58,799 nucleotides of DNA from NCBI GenBank assembly GCA_033762115.1, contig JANRLX010000045.1, positions 1 to 58,799 on the forward strand, given 5' to 3'. This DNA comes from Verrucomicrobiota bacterium (lineage in GTDB: Bacteria; Verrucomicrobiota; Verrucomicrobiia; Limisphaerales; SXQI01). Positions 1-10,532 of this stretch are shown here, piece after piece. A program made the translations under genes and the position numbers. Under the pieces are notes generated by a model. The model saw only the letters and a list, made by a program, of their open reading frames with translations, did not search any database and was not told where the DNA came from. Within the stretch, counting starts at the first letter, position 1. Every line of letters begins with the position of its first letter.

Positions 1-1647
1 GGTGCTCGTCAGCAAATCAAAGGCGTTTCTTTTGTAGAGGAAGCGGTGGAGAACCAACGCGCCAATGCTCACGACAACCAGTATTGGATAAAGAATTGCG
101 AAAGCGAGCAGCGGTGGCGCAAAGAGGAACCACAGTGCCAATCCGATAACTGCAATAATCCCTCCGTAAATCATGGCCTGCCAATGCAGTTTCATCTGAG
201 TTGTGTCATTACTTGCTGATGAAATTTTCAATGCCACACTGAGCGGTTGAAAGGCCAACATGAGTAACGCGAGTTTTCCAGTGAGCAACAGATCAGATAA
301 ATGTTCATTTTTGGTGTTCAGGCTTTCGAGAGCAATTCCAAAGAGCAAAAGAAGCGAGATTCCAATAACGGCTTTTACCAGATTCACCTTCAGCAATGTC
401 CAGGCAACTTCCGCATAAGCTATTGGAAAGGCGGCAAAGACTGGCGCATAGACTCCTCCCATCGGGCGCAGTTCGATCCCTGGAATTCCGCGTCCCAAGA
501 TCGGAAGCACACTTACCCAGTAGATGTAGGTTGTCATCCATAACCCAAATTTATTTTCGTGCAATCCTGCCAGGTAAAGAAGAGGAAGGGCTATTGCCAG
601 GATCAAGGCGCCTGCCTGAATTTGCCGGGTCCAACCGGGAGCGGGTCCGTTGATGAATTCAGAAACGTCCCGTTCTCTCGATGAAAGGAATTTCCAGACA
701 ATTCCTTCGATCAACCCTTGTCCGCTCCAGTTAACCTGATCAAGAAATTTGCGTTCCGAAATATTGTCATGCAGTTCCGTAAGACCGACAGGCCCCTGCA
801 ATTGCCTCTCTTCCGCCTGCACATGGGCCTGGACATATTCAGCGTATTCAGAAATCGGAACATCCCAAACATAGTTGGAACGAATCCGGTTGAAGGACCA
901 AATTGCTGCATAGATGATCAAACCCACAGGAAGCAGTAGTAATAGCGTGAGGTAATCTTTCCCTATTGTGACTTCGGTATAGAGATGTTGAAGCCATCCT
1001 GCAGGCGTTGCCCAATGAGTGACTCGAATGACCTGTGAGACAAACGTTGGGAACATTTCCCGGGTGAAAAGCAGTAACAGGCAGATCGTCACCAACATTG
1101 AAGCGACCAGAGTGTGAGGAAACTGGGGAAGCCACGCAGTCATATGCATGACAATCGCCACCACCAAGACGCCTTGAAGAAGAGTGAGCAGAAATATCCA
1201 GACAAAACCGGGCGGCCAGCTTCCCCTCCCCAGCAGAGCCAGGTAAGCGAGTCCCACCTCGTAAAGAATCCATGTGGAATTTTGAAAGAAGCGGCGACAT
1301 TGTGCCCGGAAGACTTGATCATCCGTCAAAGGCAGATGTTGCATGACGATCAGATCATGCGACCCATAGAGCATTTCCTGAAATTGATGGGTCTTTCGAA
1401 AAATCGCACTGGTTAACCAAATGGCCACAATCGCAAGGGCCAGTTCCTGCAGCCCGGAGGCACGTAATCCAATAAGAAAGAAAAAGATGATAAGCGGAAG
1501 TGCGATCTTTCTGAGAAATGGAATGAAAGATACATTATAATTGAAAGTATGCTGCCGGACTCGTTTGCGCAGTGAAGTGTCCCGCTTCAGTTCCTGGGCG
1601 AACAACCGCGTCGCGGCTTTTTCAAATTGGTGGGAACGAAGAATCAA
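1..1647 (-). CDS. Multi-pass membrane protein, probable ABC transporter permease (3' end runs off the window; not in ORF track)
   Basis: Manual reading: TTG at 1647 overlaps the ATPase stop (TTGA). The same frame gives hydrophobic stretches at three spot-checked places (IALPLIIFFFLIG, YLTLLLLLPVGLIIYAAI, GGIIAVIGLALWFLFAPPLLAFAILYP) and is open at base 1. Not every codon was checked. Confidence 0.7.
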   Translation of the reverse strand, partial: MILRSHQFEKAATRLFAQELKRDTSLRKRVRQHTFNYNVSFIPFLRKIALPLIIFFFLIGLRASGLQELALAIVAIWLTSAIFRKTHQFQEMLYGSHDLIVMQHLPLTDDQVFRAQCRRFFQNSTWILYEVGLAYLALLGRGSWPPGFVWIFLLTLLQGVLVVAIVMHMTAWLPQFPHTLVASMLVTICLLLLFTREMFPTFVSQVIRVTHWATPAGWLQHLYTEVTIGKDYLTLLLLLPVGLIIYAAIWSFNRIRSNYVWDVPISEYAEYVQAHVQAEERQLQGPVGLTELHDNISERKFLDQVNWSGQGLIEGIVWKFLSSRERDVSEFINGPAPGWTRQIQAGALILAIALPLLYLAGLHENKFGLWMTTYIYWVSVLPILGRGIPGIELRPMGGVYAPVFAAFPIAYAEVAWTLLKVNLVKAVIGISLLLLFGIALESLNTKNEHLSDLLLTGKLALLMLAFQPLSVALKISSASNDTTQMKLHWQAMIYGGIIAVIGLALWFLFAPPLLAFAILYPILVVVSIGALVLHRFLYKRNAFDLLTST

Positions 1648-2375
1648 CCCTCCTCCTGCCGCAGGGTATTGAAAATTTCTTCAAGATTTCCCCCGCCCTG
1701 GGCTTTCAACCGAAGCTGCTCAATCGAGCCGAATGCACGCACTTCACCCCTTTGAAGCATGCAGACGACGTCGGAAAACTTTTCCACAACATCGAGGATT
1801 TGGGTTGAGTAGATAACGATTCGGCCGCGGTTTGCGGCTTCTCTGGAGTGCCGCTTAAACATATTGATGCCGTGAGGATCCATTCCGGAAGCAAATGGCT
1901 CATCCAGAAGCCATAATTCCGGGTCGGCAGCAATGATTCCGCACAACGCAGTTTTGTAAAGCTGTCCGCGGGAAAGCGTCTGGAGAGGTCGTTCGGCCAA
2001 TTCAAGAATTTCAAAATCCTTAAGCAACTGAAGCACCCGCTCTTCCACACCGGCCTGATCTTTTCCATAGATTCGCAGTGTCATTCCCAAATGCTGCAGG
2101 ACGGTGTGATGCCAGAAGACAAAGGGAAAATCGGGGAGAAAAAAGAGGCGGCGGCGCATTGGAACATCCTCCCGGACAAATTCGGCATCATCATACAGCA
2201 CCTGGCCCTGGTCTGGTGAAGCAATGCCTGCGAGGCAGCGAAGAAATGTGGTTTTGCCAGCCCCGTTTGAACCAAGCAGCGCCACGACATTTCCCGGAGC
2301 AATTTCGAGGGAGACACGATCCAATGCATTGACCCCGGCATATCGTTTTACGACACTGCGCAGCTCAATTCTCAT
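1644..2375 (-). CDS. ABC transporter ATP-binding protein
   Basis: Walker A GSNGAGKTT, signature-like LSRGQ, Walker B WLLDEP; start placed at MRIEL. Confidence 0.92.
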   Translation of the reverse strand: MRIELRSVVKRYAGVNALDRVSLEIAPGNVVALLGSNGAGKTTFLRCLAGIASPDQGQVLYDDAEFVREDVPMRRRLFFLPDFPFVFWHHTVLQHLGMTLRIYGKDQAGVEERVLQLLKDFEILELAERPLQTLSRGQLYKTALCGIIAADPELWLLDEPFASGMDPHGINMFKRHSREAANRGRIVIYSTQILDVVEKFSDVVCMLQRGEVRAFGSIEQLRLKAQGGGNLEEIFNTLRQEEG

Positions 2376-2477
2376 GAACCACGCTTTCAATTTTCAGGAT
2401 TTCCATCAAACTTCGTAGGAAATACCTGAAAGAATGCTGAACTGCAAAGTTTGATTGTCTGGAACGGAAAATTGCTC

Positions 2478-3041
2478 TTACAGAGCAACTTTCATCTTTT
2501 TACGGACAATCATCAAAGCGAGGGTGCCGATCGCCACGATCACCAGCGCGATTGCGACCATAGGCGCGATGATTGCCAGGGCAGCGGTCATCACGGACCC
2601 GCCCAATTCCGCCGTGGCAATCAGGGGATTACCCAGCCCGCCTGTTCCAACGAAGGAAGCCCCTCGGGCCAGGACGGTTGTCGCCTGGACAGCGCCTGCG
2701 GCACCACCACCGGCAATGACGGCAAGGGTCCATTTTAAAAATGGGCTCACGTCTGTGACCATGGAAGCGGTCACTATCGTTCCGGCGACTATTGCTGCAG
2801 GAGTGGCGACGGTATCAAGGAAATGGTCCAGCCATGGAATGTAATAGCCCCCAATCTCCAACGCTGTGGCAATTGAAAAGGTAATCAGCGCGGGAGTGGA
2901 GCCGATCCAGGAAAATCCGGAGGCCAGATTGAGATGCCCTGAATGCGCTGCAATGCTCATTGTCAGCAGCGGTACAAAGACTCGGAATCCGCAGGCAGCG
3001 CTCAAGCCCAACCCAATGCACAAACTCATGAGTAATTCCAT
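2478..3041 (-). CDS. DUF4126-family membrane protein
   Basis: GLGLSAACGFRVFVPLL ... YYIPWLDHFLD ... GGLGNP motifs; start placed at MELLMS. Confidence 0.85.
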   Translation of the reverse strand: MELLMSLCIGLGLSAACGFRVFVPLLTMSIAAHSGHLNLASGFSWIGSTPALITFSIATALEIGGYYIPWLDHFLDTVATPAAIVAGTIVTASMVTDVSPFLKWTLAVIAGGGAAGAVQATTVLARGASFVGTGGLGNPLIATAELGGSVMTAALAIIAPMVAIALVIVAIGTLALMIVRKKMKVAL

Positions 3042-3088
3042 ATGCTTTAGAATAACACAAATCCCGGCCAACAAGTTGCAGGATTTTT

Positions 3089-3820
3089 TTATCTTCGGGG
3101 TGACCTCCTCAATCCATTCTGAAACAATAATCGCCAAACCATGAATAACGCTTCCCGCACTATTTTTCCGGACATCTTGGAGCTGCCATGAAAGCGATCC
3201 GTAAAAATGATTGGGACTTCCGCCACGCGCAATCCCTGCCGCCACACTTTATGGGTCATTTCGATCTGAAAGCTGTATCCGTTTGATCGAATTGCTTGAG
3301 GGTCAATCAATTGCAATGTTTTTCGCCGGAAGCATTTGTAACCACCGGTGGGATCGGTGAAAGGCATGCCCGTGATGATCTGCACATATTTCGCGGCTCC
3401 CAGGCTCAGCATCAACCGATCCAAAGGCCAGTTGATCACCCGAATTCCATTTGCATAACGGGAACCAAGGACCAAGTCTGCGTTCTCGGCAGCATGGAGA
3501 AAAGCCGGGATGTCCGATGGATTATGGGAGAGGTCTCCATCCATTTCGAAAATGAATTCGTAATGCCGCTCCAATGCCCAGGCAAAGCCAGCACAGTAGG
3601 CCCTGCCGAGTCCATTTTTTTCAGAACGATGCAGGACGTGAATTCGAGGGTTCTGTGCGGCAAACTCGTCCGCCAGTTTACCTGTGCCATCGGGAGAATT
3701 GTCATCAACGATCAGCAAATTCACAGCGACCGGGAGGCTCATCAAGCGATCCACCACCACAGGAAGATTCTCCCGCTCGTTATAAGTGGGGACAATGATT
3801 ATGGTGTTTTGCTGGCCCAT
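3089..3820 (-). CDS. Polyprenol monophosphomannose synthase (GT2, Dpm1/Ppm1-like)
   Basis: IVPTYNE, VDDNSPDGT, EMDGDLSH, DPTGGYKCFR, GYSFQIE motifs. Confidence 0.9.
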   Translation of the reverse strand: MGQQNTIIIVPTYNERENLPVVVDRLMSLPVAVNLLIVDDNSPDGTGKLADEFAAQNPRIHVLHRSEKNGLGRAYCAGFAWALERHYEFIFEMDGDLSHNPSDIPAFLHAAENADLVLGSRYANGIRVINWPLDRLMLSLGAAKYVQIITGMPFTDPTGGYKCFRRKTLQLIDPQAIRSNGYSFQIEMTHKVWRQGLRVAEVPIIFTDRFHGSSKMSGKIVREALFMVWRLLFQNGLRRSPRR

Positions 3821-4009
3821 CGCAAAGGCGTGCAAAGCATTACGCTTAAAGGAAACGGGTGACAAGTGGTAAACCGTGCCTGGTGATTCCATTAAAAACT
3901 AGCCAAAACGGAAACGAGGGAAGCAGACTTGAGTTGTTGACATAACACCAGTAGAAGAGGGGTAGATGGTTCCTACACATTCAGGCGGTGGACACCAGCA
4001 AAGGGGTTC

Positions 4010-6298
4010 GTGACCATGGATAAAGATAATCTCCGTCCCTCCATTAACCGGATTGCCCTGCTTGCGATCCGACTTTGCAATGTTTCTGCCGCGGCAGTCA
4101 TCACGCAGAAGGAGGAGAAACCAATCGTAATCGGATTTTCAGGACCTGCTCTGGAAACGACTTTCCTGGAGCAATTTTCCCGAAAAGTCATTGAAACTTC
4201 CAGTTACGTTTCCGTTGATCCTCGATCTACAGACATGGGATCAGCCACTGGTTCAGTTGAGTTTGGCGCGGGCGTGCCATTGGTTTCTTCAAGTGTCACT
4301 GGCGCACTTTGTGTGTTTAACCATGCACCGAAAATGCTCTCAACAGAGGAACAGAGCTTCTTGAACCTCCTGGCGGAGCAGGTAATCGCCCAAATAGAAG
4401 CAGACCAAGCGCTTGGGAAAATCACACAAAATTACGAAAATCTAGTTCATTCCCTTGAGGGAGTCGTCTGGCAGGCAGATCCTCAAAGCTTCCAGTTTCT
4501 CTTTGTAAGCCACGGCGCGGAAAAGCTCCTGGGCTATCCCACTGAGCAGTGGTTAAAACCGGATTTCTGGATAACCCACCTCCACCCGGAAGACCGAGAC
4601 TCGATGGTCCAGATTTACAAAACTCTGGTGGCGGAAAAAAAGGCGCATGACCTGGAGTATCGTATGATCGCGGCGAACGGGAGGCCAGTCTGGGTAAGAG
4701 ACCTTGTCTCTGTCCATTCCGTCAATGAAAGAGCCCAACTACTCAATGGTCTTTTGATAGATATTACGGCCCAGAAAGAGTCGGAAATCGCCCTTAAGCA
4801 AAGCGAAGAACGATTTCGAACCTTGATGGAGCATACAGGCGATCAATTTTTTCTTCACGACACGCGCGGACGAATTCTTGATGTGAATAATGCGAGTTGC
4901 AAGGCCCTGGGGTATTCACGCGAGGAGCTTCTTAACCTGACGATGTTCGACATTACGTCCTCCACACCAAGGGAGGAGTTGACATCGATGTGGCTCCAGA
5001 TGATCCCCGGTAATTCAGTATCCACTGAATTCATGGCGGCACGGAAGAATGGCACTGTGTTTCCTGTGGAGGTTTGCCTGGGAGTTTTTCACCACAATAA
5101 TGAACCGTTTATTGTTGCTTCTGTGCGCGACCTGAGTGAACGGAAAAACCTGGAAGCGCAATTATTCCAGGCGCAAAAAATGGAGTCCGTTGGTCGACTG
5201 GCTGGAGGCATCGCACACGATTTCAACAACCTGCTCCAAGTGATTCAAGGCCACGCAACCTTGCTGCTGGGAGCGGAGTTTTTGTCGGATGAGATGTCGG
5301 ATTCCGTCGCAGAGATTCTCTCATCGACAGCTCGCGCCACTAACCTGACCCGACAACTCCTCACTTTCAGCCGAAAAGAAGCCATCCGTTTGCGTGAAAT
5401 CGACCTGAATACAGTCATCCTTGGCACCAACCGGATGCTTACTCGCATCCTTGGAGAAGATATTCATCTTCAAGTTTCACTGACACCGCGGATTCCCAAT
5501 GTCCGCGCTGACCAGGGGATGATTGAGCAGATCCTGATGAATCTGGCGACAAACTCACGGGATGCAATGCCTGAGGGTGGATCGCTGCAAATCAGCACCA
5601 GGGAGCAACAACTTTCCCGTCCCGATCGGGAAGGAAAAACAGACGCGGAAACGTTTATTTGTCTTTCCGTTAAAGATACCGGATGCGGTATCCCATCCAG
5701 CGATCAGGGGAATATTTTTGAACCATTTTTTACCACCAAAGAAGTAGGGAAAGGCACAGGACTTGGACTGGCAACGGTATACGGGATCATGAAGCAGCAC
5801 AAAGGCTGGGTGGAAGTGCAAAGCGAACCGGGCAAGGGAGCGCTGTTCAATCTCTACTTTCCCGCTTTAAAACCGGTCGCCGAACCTATCGCGGCGCCGA
5901 AACCTTCCTCCTCCTATTTTACAAAGCATGGCAGCATTCTTCTCGTGGAGGATGACCTGAATGTGCGACGACTGGTCGCGTTGCTCCTTAAACGGCAGGG
6001 ATACAAGTTGATCGAAGTCAGCTCAGGGACAGAAGCGCTGGAAATCTGGGCCTCCCGAAAAGATGAAATTGATTTTCTCATCACTGATTTGATCATGCCT
6101 CATGGAATCGGTGGGAAGGAGCTGGCAGCCCAATTGAACCTGGAAAAGCCAGGCTTGAAAATTATTTTCACCAGCGGGTACAGTACCGATTCCGTTTCAA
6201 CCCAGCTTCAGTTGCGTGAAGGAGTCAATTTTTTGCCGAAACCTTATTCGGCTGCCAAACTCGCCGAAGTTGTGCAAACTGCGTTCATCAAATCATGA
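4010..6298 (+). CDS. Hybrid sensor histidine kinase (degenerate GAF-PAS-PAS-HisKA-HATPase-REC, CckA-like)
   Basis: H-box AHDFNNLL, N-box [29 protein letters not shown] motif HPEDR, receiver LLVEDD/TDLIMP/KP. Confidence 0.93.
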   Translation: MTMDKDNLRPSINRIALLAIRLCNVSAAAVITQKEEKPIVIGFSGPALETTFLEQFSRKVIETSSYVSVDPRSTDMGSATGSVEFGAGVPLVSSSVTGALCVFNHAPKMLSTEEQSFLNLLAEQVIAQIEADQALGKITQNYENLVHSLEGVVWQADPQSFQFLFVSHGAEKLLGYPTEQWLKPDFWITHLHPEDRDSMVQIYKTLVAEKKAHDLEYRMIAANGRPVWVRDLVSVHSVNERAQLLNGLLIDITAQKESEIALKQSEERFRTLMEHTGDQFFLHDTRGRILDVNNASCKALGYSREELLNLTMFDITSSTPREELTSMWLQMIPGNSVSTEFMAARKNGTVFPVEVCLGVFHHNNEPFIVASVRDLSERKNLEAQLFQAQKMESVGRLAGGIAHDFNNLLQVIQGHATLLLGAEFLSDEMSDSVAEILSSTARATNLTRQLLTFSRKEAIRLREIDLNTVILGTNRMLTRILGEDIHLQVSLTPRIPNVRADQGMIEQILMNLATNSRDAMPEGGSLQISTREQQLSRPDREGKTDAETFICLSVKDTGCGIPSSDQGNIFEPFFTTKEVGKGTGLGLATVYGIMKQHKGWVEVQSEPGKGALFNLYFPALKPVAEPIAAPKPSSSYFTKHGSILLVEDDLNVRRLVALLLKRQGYKLIEVSSGTEALEIWASRKDEIDFLITDLIMPHGIGGKELAAQLNLEKPGLKIIFTSGYSTDSVSTQLQLREGVNFLPKPYSAAKLAEVVQTAFIKS

Positions 6299-7176
6299 AA
6301 TCAATGACCGGTTACGGGCGCGGCGAAGCCACCCATAGCGGAATCAAGGTAACTGCGGAAATCTCCTCGGTAAACAGGAAGCAGGGCGAGCTGAGCATCT
6401 TTTTGCCACGCGAATGGGAATCGTTGGAAACCAGAATCCGGGAGGTGATCAACAAGAGGGTTTCCCGTGGACGATTAACCACAAAAATCACACTGCATGC
6501 AGGTGATGACAAACCGGGTGGACAGGTGCAACTCAATCGCCCGCTCGCCCGCGCTTACGTGAAGGAATTTCGAACATTGGCCGCCGAGTTAAAAATTGAT
6601 CCGGTAATCACTTTGGATCTTCTACTCAAGGCACCTGGGGTTCTCCGCACTGGAGAAGAAGGAGGTGATATTGATGCGTTCTGGCCTGCTGTAGAGCGGG
6701 CGGTTAATGTCGGGCTCGATGCACTGATAAAAATGCGGGAGCGAGAAGGTTCTCATCTGGCAAAGGATTTGCGGGAACGAATCAGCATCATGAAGGAATC
6801 TGTGCGAACGATTAAGGCAGAAGCCCCCGAGATGCTTAAAAGGTATCGCAAGCAGTTGCAGGAAAGGATCAAGGCCGCTGGCCTGGATCTTCCAAAGGAA
6901 GAGGATGAGCGATTGCTGAAGGAAATTGTCTATTTCGCCGACCGCTCGGATATTTCTGAGGAAGTCACCCGGCTGGAAAGTCACTTCAAACAATTCGAGG
7001 ATTGTGTTCGCTCAAAGGAACCGGTGGGACGCACCCTGGATTTTCTGGCGCAGGAAATGAACCGGGAAATCAACACCATTGGGTCGAAATCATCGGACAG
7101 CAGCATCGGGAAGGAAGTCGTCCTGTTGAAGGCAGAATTGGAAAAATTCCGGGAACAGGTGCAGAACGTCGAGTAA
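6295..7176 (+). CDS. yicC: YicC/YloC-family endoribonuclease
   Basis: MKSMTGYGR start, DISEEVTRL, GRTLDFLAQEMNREINTIGSK, REQVQNVE end. Confidence 0.95.
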   Translation: MKSMTGYGRGEATHSGIKVTAEISSVNRKQGELSIFLPREWESLETRIREVINKRVSRGRLTTKITLHAGDDKPGGQVQLNRPLARAYVKEFRTLAAELKIDPVITLDLLLKAPGVLRTGEEGGDIDAFWPAVERAVNVGLDALIKMREREGSHLAKDLRERISIMKESVRTIKAEAPEMLKRYRKQLQERIKAAGLDLPKEEDERLLKEIVYFADRSDISEEVTRLESHFKQFEDCVRSKEPVGRTLDFLAQEMNREINTIGSKSSDSSIGKEVVLLKAELEKFREQVQNVE

Positions 7177-7230
7177 TCGACGATTATTTGCAAATTGCTC
7201 AAGGTTCTGCGGCTGCATACTCTCACATCA

Positions 7231-7872
7231 ATGCCGGACACACACCAGACTGGTCTGCTACTCGTCATCTCCGCTCCCTCAGGCGGGGGTAAAACCACGC
7301 TTTGTGAGCAGCTGATCCTGAACCAGCCGAACACAGTCAGGGCGATCACCTGCACCACTCGTGCTCCACGGCCGGGCGAACAGGAAGGAGTGGATTATCA
7401 TTTTTTGGACGCGGAAACATTCCTCAAACGAGTGCAGGCGGGTAATTTTCTAGAACACGCCACCGTTTACGGAAATAGTTATGGCACCTTGAAATCAGAG
7501 GTTCTTTCCAAATTGCGGCAGGGAAAAGATGTGCTGCTGAGTATCGATGTGCAGGGCGCCGCCACGATTCGGGTAAAAGCAACTGAAGACCAGGAGTTAA
7601 AGCGGGCTCTCATCACAATTTTTCTTGCTCCATCAAGTCTCCGTGTTCTTGAGGAACGACTCAAAAAACGAGGGACTGATGCGCCAGCGGTGATCAATAA
7701 AAGGCTAAGCGTCGCCAGGCAGGAAATCGCCCAGGCACGTCATTTCGATTATATTATTCCCTCGGGGCAGATCAGCGCTGACCTTGCCCGGATGCAAATG
7801 ATCATTGCGGCGGAAAAAATGCGTTATTTTCGAACAAAATTGCCCGATTACGAGAGGGAGCATGAGCAGTAA
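7231..7872 (+). CDS. gmk: Guanylate kinase
   Basis: SAPSGGGKTT, TTRAPRPGEQEGVDYHF, YGNSYGT, IDVQGA. Confidence 0.95.
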   Translation: MPDTHQTGLLLVISAPSGGGKTTLCEQLILNQPNTVRAITCTTRAPRPGEQEGVDYHFLDAETFLKRVQAGNFLEHATVYGNSYGTLKSEVLSKLRQGKDVLLSIDVQGAATIRVKATEDQELKRALITIFLAPSSLRVLEERLKKRGTDAPAVINKRLSVARQEIAQARHFDYIIPSGQISADLARMQMIIAAEKMRYFRTKLPDYEREHEQ

Positions 7873-8413
7873 ATCAAATGTTGTGCTGGGAGTGACCGGC
7901 TCGATTGCGGCACACAAGGCAGCGGATATAGCCAGCCTCCTGGCGAAACAAAATATCTCCGTAAACGTGGTGCTCACGGCGGATGCCCAGAAATTTATCA
8001 CTCCCCTACCTTTTAAAACCTTGAGCAGAAATCCCGTGGTGACTGATTTGTACGATGAGGAGGAAGGCTGGAAACCGACCCATATTCGGCTGGCTGACGA
8101 AGCAAACCTTCTTTTGGTAGCGCCTGCAACTGCCAATTTCCTCGCAAAATTGGCGCATGGCATCGCAGATGATGCGCTCAGTTGCATTGCCCTTGCGTTG
8201 AATCCCGCAGCACGTGTCCTTGTCGCGCCTGCAATGAATGGAAAAATGTGGCTCCACCCCGCCGTCCAGGAAAACGTCAGGATTTTGCGGGACCGAAAAG
8301 TTGAATTCATCGGGCCGGAAGAGGGGATGCTTTCCTGTGGTTATGAAGGGATTGGAAGGTTATGGAATCCTGCCGGTATTGTTGAAAAGGCACTTGAATG
8401 TCTCAAGCAATAA
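7862..8413 (+). CDS. coaC: Phosphopantothenoylcysteine decarboxylase (stand-alone CoaC flavoprotein)
   Basis: LGVTGSIAAHK, HIRLAD, APATAN, PAMNGKM, LSCGYEGIGRL; the ORF ends before any CoaB domain. Confidence 0.9.
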   Translation: MSSKSNVVLGVTGSIAAHKAADIASLLAKQNISVNVVLTADAQKFITPLPFKTLSRNPVVTDLYDEEEGWKPTHIRLADEANLLLVAPATANFLAKLAHGIADDALSCIALALNPAARVLVAPAMNGKMWLHPAVQENVRILRDRKVEFIGPEEGMLSCGYEGIGRLWNPAGIVEKALECLKQ

Positions 8414-9156
8414 AAAATTCCTTCACAACACGCCTCGCTGTCGTACGGCACGGGGAAACAATCTGGAACCAGGCAGGCCGATTTCAAGGCCACAAGGACA
8501 GCCCGCTCACGGAAGAAGGTTTGGCGCAAGCCCAGGCGCTGAGTCGCCGATTTCTCGCTGGCCAGTGGCATTTTATCTTCAGCAGTGATTTGGGGCGCGC
8601 CAAACAGACCGCTCTGCCGATCACCAAAAGTGCGGGGCTTAAATTGCAGACCGATTCACGTTTGCGCGAACGATGCCTCGGAATTTTTGAAGGGCTGACA
8701 CGGCAGGAAGCCGTTCACCAATACCCAACCGAGTTTAACCGGTATATTTCCGGTGATCCAGACTATGCGTTGCCCAAAGGACAATCGATCCGGGAGCATC
8801 TTTTTCAAACGGTTGGCTGCCTGGAAGAATTGGCTCGAACTCATGCTGACAAGAATTTGATTATAATCACTCATGGAGGAAGCCTTTCGGCGCTTTTTCG
8901 TCATGTCGTCGGTCTACCATTGAACGCTCCGCGGCATTACGAAATCACAAATGCGAGCTTTAACTCCTTTCTCTTCGGCAGCGATGGCTGGAAGCTGGAA
9001 ACCTGGGGAGATTTAAGTCACTTGGGCGCCTTGCCGGAAGTTGAGGAGGAGGAAATATCAGATTTCGTCGAGGGTAGCGTCATCGAAGCTGCACCTCCGG
9101 TTTCGGAACCTGCAAGCGAAACAGGCCCTTCACAGGAAGCCAACACTTCTGAATGA
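8398..9156 (+). CDS. Histidine phosphatase (phosphoglycerate mutase-like) family protein
   Basis: RHGET, SSDLGRAKQT, LRER, THGG motifs; acidic C-terminal tail. Confidence 0.9.
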   Translation: MSQAIKNSFTTRLAVVRHGETIWNQAGRFQGHKDSPLTEEGLAQAQALSRRFLAGQWHFIFSSDLGRAKQTALPITKSAGLKLQTDSRLRERCLGIFEGLTRQEAVHQYPTEFNRYISGDPDYALPKGQSIREHLFQTVGCLEELARTHADKNLIIITHGGSLSALFRHVVGLPLNAPRHYEITNASFNSFLFGSDGWKLETWGDLSHLGALPEVEEEEISDFVEGSVIEAAPPVSEPASETGPSQEANTSE

Positions 9157-10532
9157 ATGGTTCCATTGGCCAGTTTCGTCACAATTTTTTCTCCCGGCCT
9201 GGTGTGACCCTGATTTCGAATAACTTCTCCTGCCGAGTTAATCGTGATTGAATAACCGCGACTGAGAATGCCATTCGGCGAAAGTAATTCACACTGTGAC
9301 TTCAAAAAGGCCAGATCTGCCTTGAACTGTCCGATTCGAGTTTCCACCTGATGATTTAATTGCCTGGTGAGTTGATGCAATTGCTCGATCAGTTGCTTGA
9401 TTTTTAGTTCGGGACGCAACCGGGTAAATCGATGTGTCAACATTTCCTGGTTGCTCATTAAATGTTCAATCTGCGTCCGCACGCTTCTGGCCAGTTCAAA
9501 ACGAAGATCATCAAGTATCTGCTCCTGTTCCTGCAGGCGCTTTTTGGGATGCATCCGGGCGAGCCGTTCCTGGACATTGGCAAGGTCCTCTTCAGCCCAA
9601 AGCAGGCCACGACGAACCCGCATTGAAAAGCGATCTGCACACCCAAAAATAAATTCGCGCGCCATCACTGCCCCTTGCGTCAGGAGTTCAGCGGCAGCAC
9701 TTGGTGTGGCTGCCCGCAGGTCGGCCACAAAGTCCGAGATTGTAAAATCGATTTCATGCCCCACCGCAGAGATGACCGGGATGCTCGAATTAAAAATAGC
9801 ACGAGCGACCACCTCTTCATTGAAAGCCCACAAATCCTCCATGCTCCCCCCACCGCGTGTGACAAGGATTGCATCAAGGGGAGATTGGGGGCGCTTGCTC
9901 CAGTCGTTCAGCAATGCGATCGCACAGGCAATTTCATCCGCCGCACCCATTCCTTGCACGCGGCAGGAGGCAATGACAATTTGCAGCCCGGGAAATCTTC
10001 TCTCAATGACATGCAGCACATCTCTCAGAGCAGCGCCATCGATTGACGTGACCAACCCGATTCTCTGCGGGATGGAGGGAATGGCTCTTTTGCGAGCTGT
10101 TTCAAAGAGACCTTCCTGCTGCAATTTGAGTTTTAGTTTTTCAAACGCAAGCTGCAACGCCCCCTGCCCCTCCAACTCAACGTTAGTGACACGAAGTTGG
10201 TACTGCCCTCGAGTTTCATAAACCGTCAACTCACCTTGAAGGGTAACTTTTTGCCCATCGATAATCAGGGAACGATCAAATGACTTTACTTCTGTCCGAA
10301 ACAACACACAGCTAAGCTGGGCAAACGGATCCTTGATTGTAAAATAGCAGTGACCCGAGGCTTGTACTCGGCAGTTCGTTAATTCCCCGGTCACCCATAA
10401 AATTCCCAGGGACGACTCGAGGGTTTTGCGAATTGCACTGGTGAGTTCTCCAACGGTAAAGATTTTGCGGGCTGGAGCCGCAGGTTTTTCCGATGAAGAA
10501 AAATCCCATTGTGATTGAAGAGGACGGCTCAT
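9018..10532 (-). CDS. xseA: Exodeoxyribonuclease VII large subunit
   Basis: SGHCYFTIKD, RGGGSMEDLWAFNEE, SAVGHEID, RAATPSAAAE, LSRGYSI. Confidence 0.96.
   Translation of the reverse strand: MSRPLQSQWDFSSSEKPAAPARKIFTVGELTSAIRKTLESSLGILWVTGELTNCRVQASGHCYFTIKDPFAQLSCVLFRTEVKSFDRSLIIDGQKVTLQGELTVYETRGQYQLRVTNVELEGQGALQLAFEKLKLKLQQEGLFETARKRAIPSIPQRIGLVTSIDGAALRDVLHVIERRFPGLQIVIASCRVQGMGAADEIACAIALLNDWSKRPQSPLDAILVTRGGGSMEDLWAFNEEVVARAIFNSSIPVISAVGHEIDFTISDFVADLRAATPSAAAELLTQGAVMAREFIFGCADRFSMRVRRGLLWAEEDLANVQERLARMHPKKRLQEQEQILDDLRFELARSVRTQIEHLMSNQEMLTHRFTRLRPELKIKQLIEQLHQLTRQLNHQVETRIGQFKADLAFLKSQCELLSPNGILSRGYSITINSAGEVIRNQGHTRPGEKIVTKLANGTIHSEVLASCEGPVSLAGSETGGAASMTLPSTKSDISSSSTSGKAPK

Noticed and set aside
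301..1808. Short ORFs in the track, and an apparent large intergenic region
   Set aside because: Explained by one minus-strand membrane-protein ORF (1647 to <1) that was omitted because it has no stop inside the window
3042..3245. N-terminal extension of the DUF4126 ORF
   Set aside because: It overlaps the upstream GT2 gene; family similarity starts at MELLMS (3041)
9397..10221. 274-aa plus-strand ORF
   Set aside because: Antisense shadow of xseA, Ser/Arg-rich with no motifs
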